Below are positions 9,449 through 17,713 of a stretch of DNA of 64,000 nt, one piece after another (position 1 is the first letter of the stretch; each line of letters begins with the position of its first letter). A program made the position numbers and the translations under genes. The stretch covers positions 48,137 to 112,136 of the forward strand of contig CAVUFA010000003.1 of assembly GCA_963740565.1 (NCBI GenBank), given 5' to 3'. The DNA comes from an uncultured Gemmatimonadaceae bacterium (GTDB lineage Bacteria > Gemmatimonadota > Gemmatimonadetes > Gemmatimonadales > Gemmatimonadaceae). The notes beneath the pieces are model-generated. The model was given only the letters and a program-made list of their open reading frames with translations. It was not told the origin of the DNA and searched no databases.

Positions 9449-10491
9449 GGCGTGACGGGGTGAGCGGTGGAGAGTGAGAGGTGCGGCGACCCGAACGTCG
9501 TGGCCGGCGCGTCGGGTTGGTCGCGCAGGGCACGCCACTCCAGATAGTCGACCAGGTTCACGAACGGGTCGAAGCCGATCACGTTCAGGGCGTCGGCGAC
9601 GAAGTTGGAGAGGGCGTTGATGTCATAGAAGCGGACCTGCCCGTCGCGATCATCGATCAGATACTCGATGCCACCGACATCGAGCTGGGCCGCGCCGGCG
9701 ATGCGCTCGACCTGTGCGATCACCGCGGTCGGCGGGTGGGCCGCCTCGACCCGGAGTCCCCCGCGTGGCGCGTCGACCGCACAGGCGCCGCGCACCAGCT
9801 CCACCCCACTGGTGGTCTGGCAGGCATCGGCGGGGCAAAGATCGAACGAGCCGGTCGCGGGAAAGACGTTGATCGCGTACAGATACCGGCCGCCTAACGT
9901 TTCGACGCGGGTGATGTGTCCTCCCCGCAGGGGCGCGCATTCCTGCACCAGGGCGGTGCCGTCCACGCCCAGGGTCACCGCACCTCCGGCCACGGCGTCG
10001 GCAAGCTCGGCCGGCGTCTGGTAGCGCACGATGCCGGCGCCGCTGCCGCCGATGTTCGCCTTGACGAGGATCGGGTACCGCAGCAGCCGGGCGGCCGCAG
10101 CCGCGTGTGCGGCGTCGTTGATGATCACCGCGCGCGGGTACGGCAGTCCGAGCTGGTCGAGGAGGTCGAGCTGCGATGCCTTGGAGAGCTCCAGCGCGTA
10201 GACCGCGCTCCCGTTGACCACCGGCACGCCATGACGCTCCAGGTGCCGCAGCCAGTGGAGCGTGAAGAAGGTGGACGCGCCGTGCCCACGCAGATACGCC
10301 GACGGACTGGCGCGGTTGAACACGATCGAATACGGCACGTCCTGTTCGCCGGGGTCGTAGGTGTGCGATGCGGCGTCGAGCCGGAGATACTCGTGGCCCC
10401 GGCGATCGAGCTCGGCGAACAGCGGACGGAACCAGTCGGGATGCTCGTGGAGGACAGCCAGCGGCCGGGTCCAAGTCTCAACAGCGGTCAT
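9445..10491 (-). CDS. ATP-grasp domain protein (RimK/alpha-L-glutamate-ligase-like)
   Basis: AGGAGA RBS then ATG at 10491 (MTAVETWTRPLAVLHEHPDW). ATP-grasp hallmarks YPILVKANIGGSGAGIV and GGIEYLIDDRDGQVRFYDINALSNF. Its TGA overlaps the ATG of the LLM gene (ATGA), so the two form an operon. Confidence 0.8.
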   Translation of the reverse strand: MTAVETWTRPLAVLHEHPDWFRPLFAELDRRGHEYLRLDAASHTYDPGEQDVPYSIVFNRASPSAYLRGHGASTFFTLHWLRHLERHGVPVVNGSAVYALELSKASQLDLLDQLGLPYPRAVIINDAAHAAAAARLLRYPILVKANIGGSGAGIVRYQTPAELADAVAGGAVTLGVDGTALVQECAPLRGGHITRVETLGGRYLYAINVFPATGSFDLCPADACQTTSGVELVRGACAVDAPRGGLRVEAAHPPTAVIAQVERIAGAAQLDVGGIEYLIDDRDGQVRFYDINALSNFVADALNVIGFDPFVNLVDYLEWRALRDQPDAPATTFGSPHLSLSTAHPVTP

Positions 10492-10510
10492 ATGGTTTTC
10501 TCCTGCGTGC

Positions 10511-10546
10511 AAGAAAAAGGGCCCGGCCCTCGAGGAGGGCCGGGCC
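10511..10546 (-). terminator. Intrinsic-terminator-like hairpin inside the 5' leader of the ATP-grasp/LLM operon (possible attenuator or riboswitch expression platform)
   Basis: Minus strand reads GGCCCGGCCC-UCCUCGA-GGGCCGGGCC followed by CUUUUUCUU. This is a 10-bp all-GC stem (10520-10529 pairing with 10537-10546). The U-run ends about 15 nt before the RBS and start codon at 10491. Confidence 0.6.
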
Positions 10547-10700
10547 GGGCGCTGGAGCGACTCTCGCTCTAGCTCGGGTCGCGTGCGCCATGCACGGCAA
10601 CCCCGGACCGCTCTCCCGAGGGAGGCCGCCAGGGTGTACACATGCAGACCTGCAATGACTGCGCGCGATGCGCGATCATGGCTTGCCGGTGAAAGACACC

Positions 10701-10736
10701 AAAACGAAAACGCCCGGCTGAGACTGCCGCCGGGCG
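10701..10736 (-). terminator. Rho-independent terminator
   Basis: Minus strand reads CGCCCGGC-GGCAGUCUCA-GCCGGGCG followed by UUUUCGUUUU. The stem is 10711-10718 pairing with 10729-10736. Confidence 0.6.
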
Positions 10737-10805
10737 CGTCGCTTTTTAGCTCGTTGTTTTACGTGGCGGCAATAGGCGGCAAATCACCACGGGCGTTCGA
10801 TTGTT
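10702..10805 (-). ncRNA. Candidate small RNA or leader transcript (about 100 nt), class unknown
   Basis: It is bounded by a near-consensus sigma70-type promoter (10811-10839) and the terminator at 10701-10736. No ORF or RBS is visible inside. It lies in the 510-nt gap between the Omp85 gene and the ATP-grasp gene. Confidence 0.4.
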
Positions 10806-10810
10806 CGGGG

Positions 10811-10839
10811 ATCATAGGATGACGGTCGCGGGTCGTCAA
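10811..10839 (-). promoter_or_regulatory. Sigma70-like promoter, TTGACG-17 nt-TATGAT
   Basis: Read directly on the minus strand: TTGACG (plus-strand 10834-10839), a 17-nt spacer, then TATGAT (10811-10816). Confidence 0.45.
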
Positions 10840-11003
10840 GAGCCCGCGGCCGGCTGATACAACTCGCACACATTCGCCTGCCACCGGCAGTGAAGCACCG
10901 CGGTCACGGCACGCGTCGTCATCCGTCCAGTTCGGCTTCGGGCCGGACGACCGTCAATCGGTGTGATGTCGCGGCCGTTCGGCGACGCCGGGCGCATCAC
11001 CCC

Positions 11004-12620
11004 TCAGAATGTCGGGAAGACGAACCCGCGCCCGACCGAAATCACCCACGCCGCCCTCAGCACGTCGGTCGCCGGACGGCGCGAGAGGTCGAAGCGCCAC
11101 GCACTCCCCGGCTCGCGCAGCGAGGCCATCCGCAACCCCACCCCCAGATCCGTGCCCGTTCTCGACGGCTGAGTATCGTACCAGGCGCCGGCGTGATCGA
11201 CAAAGGTGGCGATCCCGACACCCACCAGGCCAAGGATGCGCGGCCAGAGGATCAATCGGTATTCGGCGTGCAGCTGGTATTCGCGGTCGCCGGTGAAGGC
11301 GTGCGCCGGAAACGCGCGCAGGGCGTTGCCCAGCCCGTAGTCGAACTCGCCGCCGGGGAACGGGTTCCTGAGCATTCCCGCGCCGGCGTGTGCCACCAGC
11401 AGGTGCCGGGGGCCGGGCTGCATAACGAGCACGGCCGACGCGCCGGCCGACGCGGAGTCCGTCCCCTGACTGGTGACGAGCGTGTTGGCGCCTCCGACGA
11501 TCTGGATGAATCCCGAAGGAATACGATGCCCGATCCCGGCGGTGACCGCGGCGCCGACGCCATCCCGGTCATAGCCCCAAGCGCGGGGCGCGGCCAGAAT
11601 CTCGCTCTGCATCCACGCGCCGAGATCGACGTCCTCCACCCGGCCCATAGTCCGGTAGTTGTGCATCCGGATGTACTGCGGCCGCCTGACGCCAAGGGTG
11701 GGCCCCGCGGCCGCGGTGATGGTCCGCGGAATGGCGAGCGAACCGTCGTCCGGTCCGAAGTCCTCGCGTCGCACCTGAGCAGCCAGCCCCACCCGCACGT
11801 ATCCGCGCGGACTGCCCACCACCGCCACGGCCGCATCACCCCGTACCACCGAATACAGCCGGCGCAGCTCCTCGGAAGGAACCGGATTGCCACGAAAGAA
11901 TCGCAGCACCCGGCCGTTGACGAATTGCGTCTGGAGTGAGCCTCCGTGACGTGACGAGAGGCTCACGAATGGATAGGTGAGCGACAGCGCCCCGGCGTGA
12001 CCGTCGGACCGGTCCAGGTATGACGCGCCGACGCCAATGCGGTTGTTGATGACGCGGGGTGTGCTGACGCCGACGGAGATGCTGCTGCGGTCGGGATCGT
12101 TCACGTACCCGAGCGCGGCAACGGTACGTGTACCCAGGAAATTCAGCTCCTGGAGCGACAGGTCGAGAATGTACTGCGACCCCGATGTGCTGAGCCCCAG
12201 TCCGGCGGTAGTCGTCCAGGCGTCGATCGTCTGGACTCGCACCACGACACCGGAATCGCTCATCACCGTGTCGATCGCCACATCCTGGAAGATGCCGAGG
12301 GCGCGCAGGTTGCGCTCGGACTCGTTGACGCGCGCTGAATCGTAGGGCTCACCCGGCGCGAAGAGTAACTCGCGCTGGATCACATAGGGGCGCGTACGAA
12401 CGTGCAGCGAGTTGACGAGATGGTAGAGCCAGAACTCGGCTTCCAGTGAATCGAAGACGGTCTGTCGCCGGATCTCGACGGCGCGAATGACCGGAGCCCG
12501 CTGCGTTGCAGTGTCGCCCACCACGTTCTGCGCGCCCGCGAGCGCGGGCACGACCCACGCCAGCAACGCGATGAATGAGATCCGCGCGCGGCGTGCCAAC
12601 GTTATAGCGATTGGCTGCAC
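11004..12620 (-). CDS. BamA/TamA (Omp85) family outer-membrane protein with a POTRA-like N-terminus
   Basis: Signal peptide MQPIAITLARRARISFIALLAWVVPALAGAQ. POTRA-like segment VRTRPYVIQRELLFAPGEPYDSARVNESERNLRALGIFQDV. Beta-barrel region ending in the OMP signature ...GRGFVFPTF. Confidence 0.8.
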   Translation of the reverse strand: MQPIAITLARRARISFIALLAWVVPALAGAQNVVGDTATQRAPVIRAVEIRRQTVFDSLEAEFWLYHLVNSLHVRTRPYVIQRELLFAPGEPYDSARVNESERNLRALGIFQDVAIDTVMSDSGVVVRVQTIDAWTTTAGLGLSTSGSQYILDLSLQELNFLGTRTVAALGYVNDPDRSSISVGVSTPRVINNRIGVGASYLDRSDGHAGALSLTYPFVSLSSRHGGSLQTQFVNGRVLRFFRGNPVPSEELRRLYSVVRGDAAVAVVGSPRGYVRVGLAAQVRREDFGPDDGSLAIPRTITAAAGPTLGVRRPQYIRMHNYRTMGRVEDVDLGAWMQSEILAAPRAWGYDRDGVGAAVTAGIGHRIPSGFIQIVGGANTLVTSQGTDSASAGASAVLVMQPGPRHLLVAHAGAGMLRNPFPGGEFDYGLGNALRAFPAHAFTGDREYQLHAEYRLILWPRILGLVGVGIATFVDHAGAWYDTQPSRTGTDLGVGLRMASLREPGSAWRFDLSRRPATDVLRAAWVISVGRGFVFPTF

Positions 12621-12689
12621 GTCGTATCAGCCCCACTGCAGGCGCACATTCCTGATTGCCTCGTCATGTGGCGGCGCACCCTCTCCCAC

Positions 12690-13241
12690 TCACAACGCCT
12701 CCCCGTCTGGAAGCCATGGCGCGAGACGCTCACGCATGGTGCGCAGGGCACGCCCCATGTGCGCTTCCACGGCCTTCACCGAGACGCCCATGATCTGGGC
12801 GATCTCCGCGTACCGCAGACCGCGTACGCGGCTCATCTCGAATACCTGGCGGCACTTCGGGGGCAATGACACGATCGCGTCGTGCAGCGCCGCTTCGATC
12901 TCCTCCTCGACCACGCCCGAGTCGGCATTTGCGTGTCGCGCGAGCTCGAGTGACAGGTGCGGCTCGCTGCGGCGTTCCACCCGCTGGTGCCGGACCTCGT
13001 TCAGCGCCCGGTTACGAACCGACTGGAAGAGATATGCCTGTGGCGAACCGTGCGGAGCGAGCGTTTCACGGCGGCGCCATAACTCCAGCATCACGTCCTG
13101 CACGATCTCCTCGGCTTGCGCGCGACTGCGTACGATTCGTTCCGCGCTTCCCACGAGCGCCGCGTATGACCTGCGAAAGATCTCCTCGAAAGCCGCCGAA
13201 TCGCCGTCACGCAGGCGCTGGAACTGCTCCTCGTCGGTCAT
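12690..13241 (-). CDS. ECF-subfamily RNA polymerase sigma-70 factor
   Basis: ATG at 13241 (MTDEEQFQRLRDGDSAAFEEIF). Region 2 (IVQDVMLELWRRRE, AYLFQSVRNRALNEVRH). Region 4 (LPPKCRQVFEMSRVRGLRYAEIAQIMGVSVKAVEAHMGRAL). Confidence 0.9.
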   Translation of the reverse strand: MTDEEQFQRLRDGDSAAFEEIFRRSYAALVGSAERIVRSRAQAEEIVQDVMLELWRRRETLAPHGSPQAYLFQSVRNRALNEVRHQRVERRSEPHLSLELARHANADSGVVEEEIEAALHDAIVSLPPKCRQVFEMSRVRGLRYAEIAQIMGVSVKAVEAHMGRALRTMRERLAPWLPDGEAL

Positions 13242-13339
13242 TCGTGGTCGGCGGCGGGCGAAGGAGAACGACTGCTGAACGAAAGGCGCGATCTGATACT
13301 CCGGGAATAGGCCAAAGGTCGTGGGCCAAGGCAGAGGAA

Positions 13340-13409
13340 GGCCAGAGGCCAAAGGCCAGAGGCCAAAGGCCAGAGGCCAAAGGCCAGAGGCCAAAGGCCA
13401 GAGGCCAAA
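13340..13409. repeat. Perfect tandem repeat, 5 x 14 bp (GGCCAGAGGCCAAA), with degenerate 7-mer copies on both flanks (about 13318-13420)
   Basis: Read directly; the five units start at 13340, 13354, 13368, 13382 and 13396. It lies in the divergent intergenic region between the ECF sigma start (13241) and the FecR start (13485). Confidence 0.95.
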
Positions 13410-13484
13410 GGCCAAACCCCTCGTGTGGCGGAGCAGAATGCGAAACGTAGGGTACGACCGCGGCTGGCTGTATATAGGTATACC

Positions 13485-14633
13485 ATGGCCGCCTCCCCTC
13501 CTCCCAAAGGACCACCCGCCAGCATGTCGCCGCACGGCACTCCGGATTGGGAGATGCTTGCCCGGTTTCTGGCTGAGGAGAGCCCGCCGGACGAGACGGC
13601 TCGGGTCCGCGCCTGGCTCGATGCTCATCCGGCCGATGCCGAGCTGGTGGGCGCGCTCGATGGGATCCTCGATCGGGTGGGGAATGTGGCCACCGAGGAG
13701 ATCGACATCGAGGCGGCGCTACACCGCGCGGCGCTGCGGCGGGATGCCGCCGGGGAGGGAGATGTCGAGACAGCATTGCACCGGGTCAGCGTGCACCGGA
13801 ACGATTCGGTCCGTCCGCGGACGCGCGCACCGTTCCGCGCTCCCGTGCCGTGGTGGCGGCACGGCGCGTTGCGTGCGGCCGCGCTCGTCGGCATCATCGC
13901 CGCCGGTACCCTGCTTTGGAACAGCGTGCGTCGGCGACCCGGCCAGGCGGACGGCGGCCCGTTACGTGCAACGCTGACACGTAGCTACGAGACGGCCATT
14001 GGCGAGACCGATTCCGTGCACCTGGCCGACGGCAGCCTGGTGGTGCTTGGGCCACGCAGCCGGCTCGAGGTGGCGCAGGGCTTCGGCGACCCGGCGCGAG
14101 AGGTGACGCTCGCCGGCGAAGCCTTCTTCGACGTGCGGCATGACGACGCCCATGCCTTCACGGTGCACGTGGGCGGGGCGATCATCCGGGACGTCGGTAC
14201 GAGCTTCAGCGTGCGATCGGAGGATGGCACGGGAATCCGGGTAGCGATGCGCTCGGGTGCCGTTCTCTTCTCACCCGCCGGTGCGCCCGCGGACCGCGGG
14301 GTGGTCCTGCACGATTCGGACGTCGGCGTGCTGGCGCGCGACGGGGGTGTGGTAGCGCAGAGGGGCGCGGCATCGAGCGACGACTTTGCGTGGATCGCCG
14401 GGCGCCTGGTATTCCGGGAAGCGACGATGGGGGAGGTGCGCTCGGAACTGCGGCGCTGGTACGGCGTAGAGTTACGGGTTGCCGACACCAGCCTCGAATC
14501 GCGTCACCTGACCATGACCTTCACCGGCGAACCACTGGAGCGAGTGCTGCAGAACGTCGCGCTCGCGCTCGGCGCCCGGGTGGAGCATCGCGGCGACACG
14601 GCGGTCATCCACGCCAAAGGAGGTCCGCAGTGA
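13485..14633 (+). CDS. FecR-family anti-sigma factor / transmembrane sensor
   Basis: ORF 13425..14633. N-terminal anti-sigma segment (DWEMLARFLAEESPPDETARVRAWLDAHPADAE). One TM segment. FecR domain (VHLADGSLVVLGPRSRLEV...TLAGEAFFDVRHDDAHAFTVHVGGAIIRDVGTSFSV). The start could instead be the ATG at 13524. Confidence 0.85.
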   Translation: MAASPPPKGPPASMSPHGTPDWEMLARFLAEESPPDETARVRAWLDAHPADAELVGALDGILDRVGNVATEEIDIEAALHRAALRRDAAGEGDVETALHRVSVHRNDSVRPRTRAPFRAPVPWWRHGALRAAALVGIIAAGTLLWNSVRRRPGQADGGPLRATLTRSYETAIGETDSVHLADGSLVVLGPRSRLEVAQGFGDPAREVTLAGEAFFDVRHDDAHAFTVHVGGAIIRDVGTSFSVRSEDGTGIRVAMRSGAVLFSPAGAPADRGVVLHDSDVGVLARDGGVVAQRGAASSDDFAWIAGRLVFREATMGEVRSELRRWYGVELRVADTSLESRHLTMTFTGEPLERVLQNVALALGARVEHRGDTAVIHAKGGPQ

Positions 14634-17167
14634 GGTGGGTCGGCCATCGCGGCCGACCTCGCCTGTTCATAGCCTGCGTCGTCGCGGTCGGTGCGGCCGC
14701 GACGCCGGTAACGGCGCGCGCCCTCGAACCATGCGGGCAGCATTCGGCTGCGGAATCGCGCCAGTGGCTTCCGCCGCTCGACCGGCTCGTTTCCCTGCAC
14801 CTGCGCGATACCTCGCTGCGCACGGCACTCGACCATCTGAGCGCCGCCTCACACATCCGCTTCTCGTACTCCTCGGAGCTACTGGAGCTCGATCGTCGCG
14901 TGTGCGGCGATTTCGTGAACGCGCACGTGGGTGACGTACTCCAGCGCTTCCTGGACGGGGCGGCCGTGACGCCGGTTGCCGTTGGTCCGGACCAGGTCGT
15001 GCTCGCGCCCCGACGCGCGCGTCCCGACAGCGGGACGGTCGCGGCGCCACGATTGGCCGAATCGCTTGACCGCGTGGTGGTCACCGACAGCACGACCGGA
15101 ACGACCGAGCGCGCGCTCACCATGTCGCTGGACGTGGTGCCGTCGCGCCAGATGCAGGAGCGTGATGCCGACAATTTCTCGCACGCACTGGACGGAGTCG
15201 TTCCCGGCGTCTGGATCTGGGAACAGTCGCCGGCAAGTCTGGTGTCACGGTACGCCAGTATCCGCGGTGCCAGCTCGTTCGGCGTCAACTATCCAAAGGT
15301 GTACATCGACGGCATCGAGGTGGCCAATCCGCTTCTCCTGACCCAGTTCAATCCCGAAGCGCTGGAGCGCGTGGAGGTGATTCGCGGCCCGCAGGGCGCC
15401 GCGTTGTACGGGGCGGACGCCGTCAGCGGCGTCATCAACGTCGTGACCCGTCACGACGGCGCGGCGCCGGACCAGCCGCGCGCCACGCTGCGTACCAGCG
15501 CGGGCGTGTCCCGCAGCGCGTTCTCGCCGCTTGGCGTGCTGGTGCAGGATCACGCCCTGTCGCTCCGGACAGGAAGCAGCCTGCGGTCGGCCGATCTGGA
15601 CATGACGGTCGGCAGCATGGGGAACTTCGTGGCCGATGGGAACAGCCGGCACCTCAACCTGAACGGCACGACGCGGCTCATCGGCGCGCGGGGCAGTCTG
15701 ACCGCGTCGGCCCGATTCTTCGACGAGCGCGCCGGCACCGCGCCGAGTCCGGTGCTGGCCGCGTGGTTTGCGTCGCGTTCCCAGTCCACCCGCCGCACGT
15801 ACGATGATCTGCAGCGAACGCCCGATGATTCGCTGGAATCGTCAGGCGCGCCCAGCCTGGCCGGGCCGCAGTCGGTCCGGGAATACACGTTAGGCACCAC
15901 CGGAACCCTGCTCGCCGGCAGCCGCTGGACGCACAACGTGGTGCTCGGGATCGACGGCTACCGTCTCACCAACGTCGCCTTCGACAACGGACCGATCCCC
16001 TCGGCGACCGATTCGGCGCTGCGGGCGGCGCGGGGGGGCGCCGACCGGGGCACCGTGCGGCTGAGCAGCGTGGCGCAGTTCGGCGCACCCGAGGCGACAT
16101 CGGCCAGGGTGACGCTGACCGCCGAACAGTCGACCTTCCGCGAGGCGACCGTTGCCGACCTGGGTCCGATGTACTCCGCCGCGCCGGCTCGCGCCGTGGC
16201 GTGGCGTAACACGACCGGACTGGTGGCACAGACCAACCTCGCGATTCACAACGCCTGGTTCGTGACCAGCGGGTTGCGGTTCGAGCGAAACAGCGGCTAC
16301 ACCGACGAGGCGCTGTGGGCGGCACTGCCCGTCCTCGGCGTGGCCTATGTGAAGGATCGCGGGCCGGTGACGGTGAAGCTGCGGGCCGCGTACGGCAAGG
16401 GCATCCGCCCCCCTCAGGCATCGCTTCACCAGATGCTCTGGAGAGGCGGGGACGATGACGGATCTCCGGAACTGAAGCCGGAAACCCAATCCGGTATCGA
16501 GGTCGGGACCGATGTCCTGATCGGAGAGACTCTCTCTCTCAAGGTGACACGCTTCGACCAGCTCGCCTCCGGGCTCATTCAGTCGGTCGCCGTGGCCACG
16601 GACCCGCAATCCGGAACGCCGGCGCAGGGTCAGCACGTCTGGTATCAGTTGCAGAACATGGGACAGGTCTCCAACCGTGGATGGGAGTTTCAGACCACGG
16701 CTTCTCTGGGCCGGCTTTCGCTTTCGGGCGCGCTGTCACTGGTGGACAGCCGGGTGCAGCGTATCGCTGCCGGCTATTCCGGAGACCTTCGGCCTGGCGA
16801 CCGGATGCTCGAGGTGCCCGCGCGCACCACCAGCCTCACCGCCAGTTGGCGCGCCGCGCATTGGCTGACGTCCTGGAGCCTGACACGGGCCGCCGACTGG
16901 ATCAACTACGATCGGCTTTCGCTGGCGCAGAACCTCGCCGCGGCCCAGGGCGGCGCCGGACAGTTCACGGGAGCGCTTCTGCGCTCCTACTGGAAGGACT
17001 ACGGCGGTGTCACGCGGTTGAGAGCGAGCTTCTCCCGCGACCTGCTGCGAGGCTTCTCGCTCGTCCTGACCGGGGACAATCTGCTGGGCCAGCAGCGCGG
17101 CGAACCTGACAACGTGACCGTCGTCCCGGGTCGCACCCTCAGCCTCGGACTCCGCACGAAGTTCTGA
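14630..17167 (+). CDS. TonB-dependent receptor with N-terminal STN (secretin/TonB short N-terminal) signalling domain
   Basis: The GTG at 14630 overlaps the FecR stop (GTGA). Signal peptide VRWVGHRGRPRLFIACVVAVGAAATPVTARA. STN segment (LRDTSLRTALDHLSAASHIRFSY). Plug (VEVIRGPQGAALYGADAVSGVINVVTRH). C-terminal ...LGLRTKF. Confidence 0.9.
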   Translation: MRWVGHRGRPRLFIACVVAVGAAATPVTARALEPCGQHSAAESRQWLPPLDRLVSLHLRDTSLRTALDHLSAASHIRFSYSSELLELDRRVCGDFVNAHVGDVLQRFLDGAAVTPVAVGPDQVVLAPRRARPDSGTVAAPRLAESLDRVVVTDSTTGTTERALTMSLDVVPSRQMQERDADNFSHALDGVVPGVWIWEQSPASLVSRYASIRGASSFGVNYPKVYIDGIEVANPLLLTQFNPEALERVEVIRGPQGAALYGADAVSGVINVVTRHDGAAPDQPRATLRTSAGVSRSAFSPLGVLVQDHALSLRTGSSLRSADLDMTVGSMGNFVADGNSRHLNLNGTTRLIGARGSLTASARFFDERAGTAPSPVLAAWFASRSQSTRRTYDDLQRTPDDSLESSGAPSLAGPQSVREYTLGTTGTLLAGSRWTHNVVLGIDGYRLTNVAFDNGPIPSATDSALRAARGGADRGTVRLSSVAQFGAPEATSARVTLTAEQSTFREATVADLGPMYSAAPARAVAWRNTTGLVAQTNLAIHNAWFVTSGLRFERNSGYTDEALWAALPVLGVAYVKDRGPVTVKLRAAYGKGIRPPQASLHQMLWRGGDDDGSPELKPETQSGIEVGTDVLIGETLSLKVTRFDQLASGLIQSVAVATDPQSGTPAQGQHVWYQLQNMGQVSNRGWEFQTTASLGRLSLSGALSLVDSRVQRIAAGYSGDLRPGDRMLEVPARTTSLTASWRAAHWLTSWSLTRAADWINYDRLSLAQNLAAAQGGAGQFTGALLRSYWKDYGGVTRLRASFSRDLLRGFSLVLTGDNLLGQQRGEPDNVTVVPGRTLSLGLRTKF

Positions 17168-17290
17168 GCGCGACGTACTCTGTCGGGCTTTACCCGACAC
17201 GCAGGTCTCCTTCTCCCGGCTATTCCCTGCCCGGGGCCGGGCTAGCGTCCGCTCGAACGGCTCGCGGCGGGCTCACTGGTAGGACGAGGT

Positions 17291-17713
17291 GTGAGTTCGT
17301 CGCCTGTCGCGTCCGCCCCCGTTCCCGCGTTCGGGAGAAGCATGCGGCACGAGAAGCAGAAGGGCAGCACGACGCACACGCCCGACGACATGCTCGCGAC
17401 GCTGCTGGAGGCAGAGGACCGCCTCGCGGTGCGGCTCGATGCCGCACGTGATGAAGCCGGGGAGATCGTGCGACGCGCGCGTGACGCGGCGGGACTGGCC
17501 GACGACACCTGTGCCGCAACCATAGAAGAGCGCGTCCGGCGATTGGAATCCCGGCGTGGAGAGAGCCTTCGCGCGGCGCTGGCCGAAATCGTAGGCGATG
17601 CCGATCGTCGGGCAGCCGCGTTCTCCGCGTTTGATGAGGCCGGAATAGCTGCGCTCGTGGACTTCGTGGTCGAGCGGGTGTTGCGGATCGAGAGCCCGGA
17701 GCCGACCGCGTGA
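17291..17713 (+). CDS. Putative V/A-type ATPase peripheral-stalk subunit (G/H-like coiled-coil protein)
   Basis: First gene of the V-ATPase cluster, and its stop overlaps the start of subunit I. Predicted long helix rich in A/E/R (LLEAEDRLAVRLDAARDEAGEIVRRARDAAG...). The assignment rests on position and composition only. The start may be the ATG at 17390. Confidence 0.5.
   Translation: MSSSPVASAPVPAFGRSMRHEKQKGSTTHTPDDMLATLLEAEDRLAVRLDAARDEAGEIVRRARDAAGLADDTCAATIEERVRRLESRRGESLRAALAEIVGDADRRAAAFSAFDEAGIAALVDFVVERVLRIESPEPTA

Noticed and set aside
10530-10660. A small peptide ORF in the ATP-grasp leader (MIAHRAQSLQVCMCTPWRPPSGERSGVAVHGARDPS) as a possible RiPP precursor for the ATP-grasp ligase.
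   Set aside because: There is no Shine-Dalgarno sequence. The third-position GC bias is weaker than in real genes here. The stretch coincides with strong RNA hairpins. It is worth a look only if the leader proves conserved at the peptide level.
13340-13409. Possible CRISPR array.
   Set aside because: The repeats are directly adjacent with no spacers, the unit is only 14 bp, and there are no cas genes in the window.
13207-13776. ORFs translating the 14-bp tandem repeat into GLWPLA/KGQRPEA peptide repeats (12690..13628 N-terminal extension, 13238..13540, 13321..13977, 13207..13776).
   Set aside because: The repeat unit is not a multiple of 3. It lies upstream of well-supported start codons of the sigma factor (13241) and FecR (13485). 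The different frames all stay open simply because the unit lacks stop codons.
17181-17199. A hairpin TGTCGGG-CTTTA-CCCGACA after the TonB receptor stop, and a similar CTGCGGT-TCGC-ACCGCAG hairpin at about 8290-8307, as intrinsic terminators.
   Set aside because: The stems are short and no U-tract follows. They may be terminators in this lineage, but the evidence is too weak to annotate.
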